Below, piece by piece: positions 7,981-16,644 of a stretch of DNA of 32,000 nt. Position 1 is the first letter of the stretch; every line of letters begins with the position of its first letter. Under the pieces are notes generated by a model. The model did no database searches and had not been told where the DNA came from. It saw only the letters and a list, made by a program, of their open reading frames with translations. The stretch is from Mycolicibacterium smegmatis (GTDB taxonomy: Bacteria > Actinomycetota > Actinomycetes > Mycobacteriales > Mycobacteriaceae). The DNA lies in the NCBI RefSeq assembly GCF_001457595.1, contig NZ_LN831039.1:1590001-1622000 (forward strand). Reading direction: 5' to 3'. A program made the position numbers and the translations under genes.

Positions 7981-8289
7981 GTGTCCACTCAGGTCGCCGA
8001 ACAGATCACCTTCGACCCGGATGTGAGCTGGCGTCTGCACCATCAGGTCGCGGTTCGGCCGGAGCCGTTCGGCGCCCTGCTGTACCACTTCGGGACGCGC
8101 AAGCTGTCGTTCCTGAAGAACCGAACGGTCGTCGAGGTGGTCAACTCGCTGGCTGACCACCCCGACGCCCGGTCGGCGCTGTGCGCCGCGGGGGTCGCCG
8201 ACGATCAGCAAGCGCCCTATCTGCACGCACTTGGCGTGCTCGTGCAGTCGAACATGCTCGTACCCGGGAATCCCGAAGGATCGCAATGA
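7981..8289 (+). CDS. mftB: Mycofactocin peptide chaperone (RRE/PqqD-like) MftB, 102 aa, GTG start
   Basis: MSTQVAEQITFDPDVSWRLHHQVAVRPEPFGALLYHFGTRKLSFLKNRTVVEVVNSLADHPDARSALCAAGV...NMLVPGNPEGSQ; between precursor and radical SAM gene; stop overlaps mftC start. Confidence 0.95.
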   Translation: MSTQVAEQITFDPDVSWRLHHQVAVRPEPFGALLYHFGTRKLSFLKNRTVVEVVNSLADHPDARSALCAAGVADDQQAPYLHALGVLVQSNMLVPGNPEGSQ

Positions 8290-9464
8290 CTTCAGTTCAG
8301 CCCGTGCCCCGGTTGGTCGAACAGTTCGAGCGCGGACTCGACGCGCCGATCTGCCTCACCTGGGAGCTCACCTACGCGTGCAACCTCGCGTGTGTCCACT
8401 GCCTGTCCTCGTCGGGCAAGCGCGACCCGCGGGAGTTGTCGACGCAGCAGTGCAAGGACATCATCGACGAGCTCGAACGCATGCAGGTGTTCTACGTGAA
8501 CATCGGCGGCGGCGAGCCCACCGTGCGCTCGGACTTCTGGGAGCTGGTCGACTACGCCACCGCACACCACGTCGGAGTCAAGTTCTCCACCAACGGCGTT
8601 CGGATCACGCCCGAGGTCGCCGCGAAGCTCGCGGCCAGTGACTACGTCGACGTCCAGATCTCGCTGGACGGCGCCAACGCCGAGGTGAACGACGCCGTGC
8701 GCGGCAAGGGCTCGTTCGACATGGCCGTGCGCGCGCTGGAGAACCTGAGCAACGCAGGCTTCACCGACGCCAAGATCTCGGTGGTCGTCACGCGGCAGAA
8801 CGTCGACCAGCTCGACGAATTCGCCGCGCTGGCAGCACGTTACGGCGCCACACTGCGCATCACGCGGCTGCGGCCGTCCGGTCGGGGCGCCGATGTGTGG
8901 GACGATCTGCATCCCACCGCCGAACAGCAGCGCCAGCTGTACGACTGGCTCGTGGCCAAGGGTGACCGTGTGCTCACCGGCGACTCGTTCTTCCACCTGT
9001 CCGGGCTCGGCGCACCGGGTGCGCTCGCGGGTCTGAACCTGTGCGGCGCAGGCCGCGTGGTGTGCCTGATCGACCCGGTCGGCGACGTCTACGCCTGCCC
9101 GTTCGCGATCCACGACAAGTTCCTGGCCGGAAACATCCTGTCCGACGGTGGTTTCCAGAACGTCTGGCAGCACTCCGAGCTGTTCCGCGAACTGCGCGAA
9201 CCGCAGTCGGCCGGTGCCTGCGCAAGCTGCGGGCACTTCGACGCCTGCCGCGGTGGCTGCATGGCCGCCAAGTTCTTCACGGGGCTGCCGCTCGACGGCC
9301 CCGACCCCGAATGCGTCGAGGGCTGGGGCGCCCCGGCACTGGAGAAGGAACGCGTCAAACCCAAGCCCAGCGGTGACCACTCGCGGGGCACCAAACAAGG
9401 GCCGGTGGCGTTGAAGCTGCTGACCAAACCCCCGGCCCGGTTCTGCAACGAAAGTCCGGTGTGA
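8286..9464 (+). CDS. mftC: Mycofactocin radical SAM maturase MftC (SPASM domain)
   Basis: ICLTWELTYACNLACVHCLSSSGKRDP (CxxxCxxC), YVNIGGGEPTVRSDFWELVDYA, FSTNGVRI, C-terminal Cys-rich SPASM region ACASCGHFDACRGGCMAAKFFTG..DPEC. Confidence 0.97.
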   Translation: MTSVQPVPRLVEQFERGLDAPICLTWELTYACNLACVHCLSSSGKRDPRELSTQQCKDIIDELERMQVFYVNIGGGEPTVRSDFWELVDYATAHHVGVKFSTNGVRITPEVAAKLAASDYVDVQISLDGANAEVNDAVRGKGSFDMAVRALENLSNAGFTDAKISVVVTRQNVDQLDEFAALAARYGATLRITRLRPSGRGADVWDDLHPTAEQQRQLYDWLVAKGDRVLTGDSFFHLSGLGAPGALAGLNLCGAGRVVCLIDPVGDVYACPFAIHDKFLAGNILSDGGFQNVWQHSELFRELREPQSAGACASCGHFDACRGGCMAAKFFTGLPLDGPDPECVEGWGAPALEKERVKPKPSGDHSRGTKQGPVALKLLTKPPARFCNESPV

Positions 9465-10660
9465 ACATGGCACGAGACATCTGGTTCGAGACCGTTGCGA
9501 TCGCCCAGCAAAGGGCCCGCAAGCGGCTTCCGAAATCCGTCTATTCCTCGCTCATCTCCGCGAGCGAGAAGGGCGTGACGGTCACCGACAACGTCGAGTC
9601 GTTCGCCGAGCTCGGTTTCGCACCGCACGTGGTGGGTGCGCCCGAGAAGCGCGACATGGCCACCACCGTGATGGGCCAACAGATTTCGTTGCCGGTCATC
9701 ATCTCGCCGACGGGCGTGCAGGCCGTGCACCCCGACGGCGAGGTCGCGGTTGCTCGGGCCGCCGCCGCGCGCGGTACCGCTATGGGTCTGTCCTCGTTTG
9801 CCAGCAAGCCGATCGAAGAGGTCGTCGCGGTCAACGACAAGATCTTCTTCCAGATCTACTGGCTGGGTGACCGTGACGCGATCCTCGCTCGTGCCGAGCG
9901 CGCGAAGGCAGCGGGTGCCGTCGGTCTGATCGTCACGACCGACTGGAGCTTCAGTCACGGCCGTGACTGGGGGAGTCCCAAGATCCCCGAGAAGATGGAT
10001 CTGAAGACGATGGTCACGATGATGCCCGAGGCGCTGACCAAGCCGCGCTGGCTGTGGCAGTGGGGCAAGACCATGCGTCCGCCGAACCTTCGGGTGCCCA
10101 ACCAGGGGGCGCGCGGCGAGGACGGCCCGCCGTTCTTTCAGGCCTACGGCGAGTGGATGGGCACGCCCCCGCCGACGTGGGAGGACATCGCCTGGCTGCG
10201 CGAGCAGTGGGACGGGCCGTTCATGCTCAAGGGCGTCATCCGCGTCGACGACGCCAAACGTGCTGTTGACGCGGGCGTTTCGGCGATCTCGGTGTCCAAT
10301 CACGGTGGCAACAACCTGGACGGCACACCCGCGGCCATTCGCGCCCTGCCGGTGATCGCCGAAGCGGTCGGCGACCAGGTCGAGGTATTGCTCGACGGTG
10401 GCATCCGCCGCGGCAGCGATGTCGTCAAGGCTGTCGCGCTGGGTGCGCGTGCGGTGATGATCGGACGCGCCTACCTGTGGGGTCTGGCCGCCGAGGGGCA
10501 GGCCGGGGTCGAGAATGTGCTCGACATCCTGCGCGGAGGTATCGACTCGGCGCTGATGGGCCTGGGGCGTTCGTCGATCCACGATCTGGTTCCCGAGGAC
10601 ATCCTCGTGCCGGAGGGCTTCACCCGCGCGCTGGGTGTACCGCCCGCATCCGGTTCGTGA
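9461..10660 (+). CDS. mftD: FMN-dependent alpha-hydroxy-acid dehydrogenase-family protein MftD (start GTG 9461 or ATG 9467)
   Basis: YSSLISASEKGVTVTDNVESFAELGFAPHVVG...MGQQISLPVIISPTGVQAVHPDGEVAVARAAAARGTAMGLSSFA..., AVDAGVSAISVSNHGGNNLDGTPAAIRALPVIAEAV..VEVLLDGGIRRGSDVVKAVALGARAVMIGRAYLWGLAAEGQ. Confidence 0.95.
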   Translation: MNMARDIWFETVAIAQQRARKRLPKSVYSSLISASEKGVTVTDNVESFAELGFAPHVVGAPEKRDMATTVMGQQISLPVIISPTGVQAVHPDGEVAVARAAAARGTAMGLSSFASKPIEEVVAVNDKIFFQIYWLGDRDAILARAERAKAAGAVGLIVTTDWSFSHGRDWGSPKIPEKMDLKTMVTMMPEALTKPRWLWQWGKTMRPPNLRVPNQGARGEDGPPFFQAYGEWMGTPPPTWEDIAWLREQWDGPFMLKGVIRVDDAKRAVDAGVSAISVSNHGGNNLDGTPAAIRALPVIAEAVGDQVEVLLDGGIRRGSDVVKAVALGARAVMIGRAYLWGLAAEGQAGVENVLDILRGGIDSALMGLGRSSIHDLVPEDILVPEGFTRALGVPPASGS

Positions 10661-10805
10661 GGTCCTCCCGCGGGGCGTGACAGGGGTGGCAGAAGGGGCG
10701 CACGGGATGCGCCCCCTCTTGCGCACGGAAACTGACGGGAAATCGAACACTGCGTATGCGCGAACATCTGGCGCACGCCAGGTGAATTCGGCTTACCATC
10801 GGCAC

Positions 10806-11525
10806 GTGGCTTCTCCCAGCGGGCTCGGGAACTCGACGACGAGGCAGCTACACAGCACGGTGCCGATGTTGCTTGTCCCGGTTGGTTCCACCGAACAGCA
10901 TGGTCCGCACCTGCCGCTGGACACCGACACCAGGATCGCGGCAGCTGTGGCCGGCACCGTGGTCGAGCAGTTCGGTGCGCCCGCCGACCGCGCGGCGGTG
11001 GTGGCCCCTCCGGTGGCCTACGGCGCCAGCGGCGAGCACGAGGGATTTCCCGGAACCGTCTCGATCGGGACCGCCGCGCTGGAGCTTTTGCTGGTCGAAT
11101 ACGGGAGGTCGGCGTCGAAGTGGGCGTCTCGTATCGTCTTCGTCAACGGTCACGGCGGTAACGTCGAGGCCCTCGCCGCGGCCGTCGCGCTGCTGCGCTA
11201 CGAGGGACGCGACACGGGCTGGGTACCGTGCAGCGTGCCCGACGCCGACGCGCACGCGGGCCAAACCGAAACGTCCGTACTGCTACATATTTCACCCGAT
11301 GATGTATTGACCGATGAGCTCGTGTGCGGTAATACGGCCCCGTTGGGGGAGCTGATGCCACGCATGCGCAGCGGCGGTGTCGCGGCCGTCAGCGAACTCG
11401 GGATTCTGGGTGACCCGACGACCGCGACAGCCACCGAAGGGGAGCGTATCTTTGCTGAGATGGTCAACGGCTGCGCCGACCGGATCAAGCGGTGGCAGCC
11501 CGACCGGAACGGATTGCTGACATGA
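10806..11525 (+). CDS. mftE: Creatininase-family peptidase MftE (GTG start)
   Basis: [25 protein letters not shown]..., [59 protein letters not shown]: creatininase metal-binding motifs. Confidence 0.94.
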   Translation: MASPSGLGNSTTRQLHSTVPMLLVPVGSTEQHGPHLPLDTDTRIAAAVAGTVVEQFGAPADRAAVVAPPVAYGASGEHEGFPGTVSIGTAALELLLVEYGRSASKWASRIVFVNGHGGNVEALAAAVALLRYEGRDTGWVPCSVPDADAHAGQTETSVLLHISPDDVLTDELVCGNTAPLGELMPRMRSGGVAAVSELGILGDPTTATATEGERIFAEMVNGCADRIKRWQPDRNGLLT

Positions 11526-12934
11526 CCGGACCGAGACTGCCCGACGGTTTTGCCGTGCAGGTGGATCGCCGAGTCAAGGTGCTCGGGGAGGGCGCGGCGT
11601 TGCTGGGCGGCTCACCGACCCGCCTGCTGCGGTTGGCGCCGACGGCCCAGAACATGCTCAGCGGGGGGCGCCTGGAGGTTCACGACGCGGTGTCCGCGCA
11701 ACTCGCGCGAACCCTGCTCGACGCGACCGTCGCCCATCCGCGGCCCGCCAGCGGGCCGTCCCATCTGGACGTCACAGTGGTTGTCCCCGTACGGGACAAC
11801 GCATCCGGCCTGCACCGCCTGATGGCGGCACTGCGCGGGCTGCGAGTGATCGTGGTCGACGACGGCTCGGCGATCCCGGTGCAACCGTCCGACTTCTCCG
11901 GCATGCACTGCGACGTGCAGGTACTGAGGCACACCCGCAGCAACGGCCCCGCGGCCGCGCGTAACACCGGCCTCGCGGCGTGCGAGACGGATTTCGTGGC
12001 GTTCCTCGATTCCGACGTCGTGCCCAAACGCGGTTGGCTCGAAGCGCTGCTCGGGCATTTCTGCGATCCGGCCGTGGCGCTGGTGGCGCCCCGCATCGTG
12101 GGTCTGCACAACGCCGACAACATCGTGGCCCGGTACGAGTCCGTCCGGTCCTCGCTGGACCTCGGGGTGCGCGAGGCGCCCGTGGTGCCGCACGGCACGG
12201 TGTCGTACGTGCCGAGCGCGGCGATCATCTGCAGGCGGTCGGCGCTCGTGGAAGTGGGCGGGTTCGACGAGACCATGCACTCGGGGGAGGATGTCGACCT
12301 GTGCTGGCGCCTCGTCGAGTCAGGCGCCCGTCTGCGCTACGAACCGATCGCCCTGGTGGCGCACGATCACCGCACCAACCTGCGAGCGTGGTTCCACCGC
12401 AAGGCATTCTACGGAACATCCGCCGCTCCTCTGACGGTGCGCCACCCTGGTAAGACCTCGCCGCTGGTGATCTCGGGTTGGACACTGATGGTGTGGCTGA
12501 TGCTCGGGGTGGGCTCGTTCTTCGGCTACCTCGCTTCGCTCGCGGCGGCGGTGTTCGCGGGTACCCGCATCGCGCGGGCACTCAGCGTCGTCGAAACCGA
12601 ACCCAAGGAGGTCGCGGTGGTCGCCGCCCACGGCCTGTGGTCGTCGGCGTTGCAGTTGTGTTCGGCGATCTGTCGTCACTACTGGCCCATCGCGATGATC
12701 GCGGCGATGCTGTTCCGCCGGGCGCGGCACGCGGTGCTGGTGGCCGCGGTGGTGGACGGTGTGGTCGACTGGGTGACGCGACGCGGCAACGCCGACGACG
12801 ACACCAAACCGGTCGGACTGCTCACCCACATCGTGCTCAAGCGACTGGACGACATCGCCTACGGCACCGGTTTGTGGACCGGCGTGGTGCGCGAGCGTCA
12901 CCTCGGCGCGCTCAAGCCCCAGGTGCGGAGTTAG
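11522..12934 (+). CDS. mftF: Mycofactocin family-2 glycosyltransferase MftF
   Basis: [39 protein letters not shown]..., [53 protein letters not shown]; C-terminal hydrophobic segments. Start overlaps the mftE stop (ATGA). Confidence 0.95.
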   Translation: MTGPRLPDGFAVQVDRRVKVLGEGAALLGGSPTRLLRLAPTAQNMLSGGRLEVHDAVSAQLARTLLDATVAHPRPASGPSHLDVTVVVPVRDNASGLHRLMAALRGLRVIVVDDGSAIPVQPSDFSGMHCDVQVLRHTRSNGPAAARNTGLAACETDFVAFLDSDVVPKRGWLEALLGHFCDPAVALVAPRIVGLHNADNIVARYESVRSSLDLGVREAPVVPHGTVSYVPSAAIICRRSALVEVGGFDETMHSGEDVDLCWRLVESGARLRYEPIALVAHDHRTNLRAWFHRKAFYGTSAAPLTVRHPGKTSPLVISGWTLMVWLMLGVGSFFGYLASLAAAVFAGTRIARALSVVETEPKEVAVVAAHGLWSSALQLCSAICRHYWPIAMIAAMLFRRARHAVLVAAVVDGVVDWVTRRGNADDDTKPVGLLTHIVLKRLDDIAYGTGLWTGVVRERHLGALKPQVRS

Positions 12935-12943
12935 CCGCCGACT

Positions 12944-14359
12944 TTGAGTGACGTATTGATCGTCGGCGCGGGCAGCGCCGGATCGGTTTTGGCCGAACGC
13001 CTTTCGGTGGACCCGAGCTGTCAGGTCACGGTGGTCGAGGCCGGTCCGGCACCGTCGGATCCGCGGGTGGCCGCGCAGATCACCGACGGCGTGCGGCTAC
13101 CCATCGGCGCCGCGAGCTCGGTGGTGCGGCACTATGCGTCGACGCTGACCGAGGATCCGCCGCGGCGCACCGAGATCATCCGCGGTTCGGTGGTCGGCGG
13201 CTCCGGAGCGGTCAACGGTGGCTATTTCTGTCGCGGCCTGCCCACCGACTTCACCGCGTGGGCGGTTCCCGGATGGAGCTGGGACGATGTGCTGCCCCAT
13301 TTCCGTGCGATCGAGACCGACCTCGACTTCGCCACCGCGCTGCACGGCTCCGAAGGTCCGATCAAGGTGCGCCGGGTCCGCGAATTCGACGGCTGCACCG
13401 CGGCATTCGTCGACGCCGTATCCGCCGCGGGGTATGGCTGGATCGACGATCTCAACGGGTCGGATGCCGACGCGGCGTTGCCACCCGGCGTTGGCGCGGT
13501 GCCGCTGAACATCGACGGCGGAACCCGTCTCGGACCCGGAGGCGCCTACCTGCAGCCCGCACTCGACCGGCCCAATCTGCATCTGCGCGCCGACACCCGG
13601 GTGCGTCGCGTGCTGGTCGAGCATGATGCCGCGGTGGGTGTGGAATGCGTCGACGGTGCGATCCTGTACGCAGATCGAATCGTGTTGTCCGCCGGGGCCA
13701 TCGGCTCGGCACATCTGTTGCTGCTCTCAGGCATCGGGCCGGTGGGCGACTTGGCGGCCCACGGGATCGCGGTGGCGGCGAACCTACCTGTGGGGACGGC
13801 GACAGTCGACCACCCGGAGTGGGTGCTGCCGGTGGCCTGGACCCCCACACATGACCTGCCGCCGCTGGAAGCCGTGCTCACCACGGCCGACGGCATCGAG
13901 ATCCGGCCCTACACCGCGGGTTTCTCGGCGCTGGTGCACGGGCCCGAACACGACCCGGCCGAACTCCCACATCTCGGTGTCGCGCTCATGCGTCCGCATT
14001 CACGGGGCAGGGTGCGTCTCGCGTCGGCGGATCCGGCCGTGCCCCCGATCATCGAACACCGTTACGACACGGTCGCAGGGGATGTCGACGCGCTGCGCGC
14101 GGGCGCCGAACTTGCCCGCGAATTGGTAAGTCACGCAGTCAAAGTGGGGGAGGCCTCCTGGTCGACTTCGCAGCACCTCGCGGGGACCGCGCCGCTGAGT
14201 GCCGACGGGCAAGGCGTGCTGGACCCGACGTGCCGGGTACTCGGTGTCGAGCGGTTGTGGGTGGTCGACGGCTCGATCATGCCCGCCATCACCAGCCGCG
14301 GGCCGCACGCGACGATCGCGATGATCGGCCACCGCGCCGCCGAGTTCATCGCGACCTGA
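12944..14359 (+). CDS. mftG: GMC-family flavin oxidoreductase MftG (TTG start)
   Basis: VLIVGAGSAGSVLAERLSVDPSCQVTVVEAG, RGSVVGGSGAVNGGYFCRGLPTDFTAW, LSAGAIGSAHLLLLSGIGP, LWVVDGSIMPAITSRGPHATIAMIGHRAAEFI. Confidence 0.93.
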   Translation: MSDVLIVGAGSAGSVLAERLSVDPSCQVTVVEAGPAPSDPRVAAQITDGVRLPIGAASSVVRHYASTLTEDPPRRTEIIRGSVVGGSGAVNGGYFCRGLPTDFTAWAVPGWSWDDVLPHFRAIETDLDFATALHGSEGPIKVRRVREFDGCTAAFVDAVSAAGYGWIDDLNGSDADAALPPGVGAVPLNIDGGTRLGPGGAYLQPALDRPNLHLRADTRVRRVLVEHDAAVGVECVDGAILYADRIVLSAGAIGSAHLLLLSGIGPVGDLAAHGIAVAANLPVGTATVDHPEWVLPVAWTPTHDLPPLEAVLTTADGIEIRPYTAGFSALVHGPEHDPAELPHLGVALMRPHSRGRVRLASADPAVPPIIEHRYDTVAGDVDALRAGAELARELVSHAVKVGEASWSTSQHLAGTAPLSADGQGVLDPTCRVLGVERLWVVDGSIMPAITSRGPHATIAMIGHRAAEFIAT

Positions 14360-15920
14360 GCCGGCGGATCACCCGCAGCTGTTGCCCGTCGCGCCCGGGT
14401 CCCCAGATCCCGGTCAGCACCGCGGCCACCGCGACAACCGAACCCAGGATGATCACGGCCGAACCGGTCGCGTCCACGAACGCCTGCCGGGCCGTCTGGG
14501 CCAGTTCGGCACCCTGCGGTCCCATGTGCTCAGCCGCCGTGAGCGCCTCGGCGAGTGAATTGAGCGCGGGTCCGCGTACGGCCTCGGGCATCGCGCCGAG
14601 TGCGGGCGAGAGATGCCTCTCGTACTGCGCTGCGAGCACGGAACCGGCCACCGCGATGCCGAGCGCCGCGCCGATCTCGCGCGTGGTGTCGTTGACCGCG
14701 GACGCGACACCCTGTTTCTCGTCAGGTGCCGCGCCCATGATGGCAGACGTCACCGGTGCTGTGGACAGCCCGACACCGATGCTCATGATGAACAGTGGCC
14801 AGGCGAAATCGAAGTAGGTGGAACCTGTTTCGAGTGTGCACATGCACCACAACCCCACCGCGGTGACCAGCAGGCCGAGGAATGCCGTGAGGCGCAGGCC
14901 GAGCAGCGGCAGGTACAGGTGCGTGGTGGCGCCGAACGCCAAGATGGGTACGACCAAGGGGCACAAGGCGATAGCCGTCGCAATCGGGCTGTAACCCATG
15001 ATCAGCTGGATGTACTGCATGCTCACGAAGAAGAACCCGAAGGTCGCGAAGAACAGGAACGTCACCCCCGCCGAGCCCGTCGCGAAATTCGGGTCGCGGA
15101 ACAGGCGGACATCGAGCAGCGGGTGGGTGCGCCGCAACTGCACGGCGGTGAACGCCGCGGCCAGCGCGACACCGCCCGCCATCGCGCCCCACACCGACGG
15201 ATGCGTCCACCCGCGCACCGGAGCCTCGACAACACCGAACACGAACGCGGCCACCGCGGTACCGATGAGCGCGGCGCCGAGCCAGTCCAGCGGTGCGGCC
15301 GAGTCGTCGCGTGAGGAGGGCACCGTGCAGGTCACGATGAACAACCCGACCGAGGCGATCGTGAAGGTGACGAAGATCGACTGCCACGTCCAGAAGTGCA
15401 GCAGACCGCCCGTCACCAGGAAACCCACGATGGCGCCGGATCCGACCACGCCGGCCCAGACGCCAACGGCCTTGTTGCGCTCCGATTTCGGGAACGTCGC
15501 GGTGAGCAACGACAGCGTCGCGGGCATGATGAACGCCGCACCCGCCCCGGCCACCGCGCGGGCAACGATCAGCTGAACGGGACTGTCGAAGATCAGGGGT
15601 GCGGCCGATGCCAGGCTGAAAATTGCGAGCCCGATCAGCAGCGCACCGCGGCGACCGTACCGGTCGCCGACCGCTCCCGCAGGCAGCAGCAGGCACGCGA
15701 GCACCAGCGTGTATCCGTCGATCACCCACGTCAGCTGTGCCTGTGTCGCCGAGGTCTGGGTCGCGATGTCGGGGAGCGCGGCGTTGAGCGCGACCATCGA
15801 GGAGATCACGAGCGAGACGTCCAGGCACGCGACGATCAGCAGCCAGTAACGCTGGCGAACCGAGAGCTCGGCCATGCGCGAGTCGATATTCTGGCCGGGC
15901 TCGACGAGGGCGTCAGTCAT
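14346..15920 (-). CDS. MFS transporter, DHA2/EmrB-QacA-like drug efflux family
   Basis: MTDALVEPGQNIDSRMAELSVRQRYWLLIVACLDVSLVISSMVALNAALPDIATQTSATQAQLTWVIDGYTLVLACLLLPAGAVGDRYGRRGALLIG...; multiple TM segments. ORF to 16136 is over-extended past the divergent TetR promoter. Confidence 0.92.
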   Translation of the reverse strand: MTDALVEPGQNIDSRMAELSVRQRYWLLIVACLDVSLVISSMVALNAALPDIATQTSATQAQLTWVIDGYTLVLACLLLPAGAVGDRYGRRGALLIGLAIFSLASAAPLIFDSPVQLIVARAVAGAGAAFIMPATLSLLTATFPKSERNKAVGVWAGVVGSGAIVGFLVTGGLLHFWTWQSIFVTFTIASVGLFIVTCTVPSSRDDSAAPLDWLGAALIGTAVAAFVFGVVEAPVRGWTHPSVWGAMAGGVALAAAFTAVQLRRTHPLLDVRLFRDPNFATGSAGVTFLFFATFGFFFVSMQYIQLIMGYSPIATAIALCPLVVPILAFGATTHLYLPLLGLRLTAFLGLLVTAVGLWCMCTLETGSTYFDFAWPLFIMSIGVGLSTAPVTSAIMGAAPDEKQGVASAVNDTTREIGAALGIAVAGSVLAAQYERHLSPALGAMPEAVRGPALNSLAEALTAAEHMGPQGAELAQTARQAFVDATGSAVIILGSVVAVAAVLTGIWGPGRDGQQLRVIRRLRSR

Positions 15921-15949
15921 GAGAGCTTCCTTCGTCAGGTGGAGTTTTG

Positions 15950-15982
15950 AGACTAACAGTCTCGTAGCGAGACGGTAAGTCT
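15950..15982. promoter_or_regulatory. 33-bp interrupted palindrome, probable TetR operator between MFS and TetR genes
   Basis: AGACT-aaca-GTCTCG-tag-CGAGAC-ggta-AGTCT read directly, centred on 15966, between divergent starts at 15920 and 16009. Confidence 0.8.
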
Positions 15983-16008
15983 TGTTTTGTCGATGGAGGT
16001 GAGGCACC

Positions 16009-16644
16009 ATGACGCCCGGAAGCAACGATCCGCGTCCGGCGCGCTCGCGGGCGCGACTGCTGGAGGCGGCCACGGCGCTGTTGCGCTCCGGTGGGCCGAG
16101 CGCGGTCACCGTCGACGCGGTGACCCGCGCGGCCAACGTCGCCAGGGCGACGCTCTACCGCCACTTCCCGAGCGGAAACGACTTGCTGGCGGCGGCATTC
16201 CGCCAGCTGATACCCGCCGCGCCGACACCACCACAGGAGGGCACGCTGCGGGACCGGCTCATCGCGCTGGTGTCGGCGCAGGCCGAACTCATCGCCGAGG
16301 CCCCCGTCACCGTGACCGCGATGTCGTGGCTGGCATTGGGTGCCGACATGGAGCATCTGCCGTTGAGCGCGAGTCCGGAGGTGCTGTCACTGCGCGAGCG
16401 GGTGGCCGAGCAGTACGCCGCGCCGTTCGAGGCGATCTTCACCAGCCCGGAGGCCCGCGCGGAGTTGGGACACGTGGACCGCGCGCAGGCCGCCGCGTTG
16501 CTGCTGGGGCCCATCGTGCTGGGCAAGCTCAGCACGCTGCCCGAGTTCGACTACGCGGCGTGTGTGCGATCGGCGGTGGACGGCTTCCTGGCCACCCACC
16601 GCCGCACGGTCAGCGAACCGAATAGCGAATCGGCAGGTGCTTGA
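16009..16644 (+). CDS. TetR-family transcriptional regulator
   Basis: RARLLEAATALLRSGGPSAVTVDAVTRAANVARATLYRHFPSGNDLLAAAF (HTH); divergent from the MFS gene. Confidence 0.92.
   Translation: MTPGSNDPRPARSRARLLEAATALLRSGGPSAVTVDAVTRAANVARATLYRHFPSGNDLLAAAFRQLIPAAPTPPQEGTLRDRLIALVSAQAELIAEAPVTVTAMSWLALGADMEHLPLSASPEVLSLRERVAEQYAAPFEAIFTSPEARAELGHVDRAQAAALLLGPIVLGKLSTLPEFDYAACVRSAVDGFLATHRRTVSEPNSESAGA

Noticed and set aside
9089-10750. 553-aa minus-strand ORF opposite mftD/mftC
   Set aside because: Shadow of mftD; His/Arg/Asp-rich translation without recognisable motifs; would contradict the coherent mft operon.
7185-14359. Calling this locus a previously undescribed system
   Set aside because: Gene order and the IDGMCGVY precursor match the published mycofactocin pathway; only the internal promoter, operators and neighbours are offered as possibly new.
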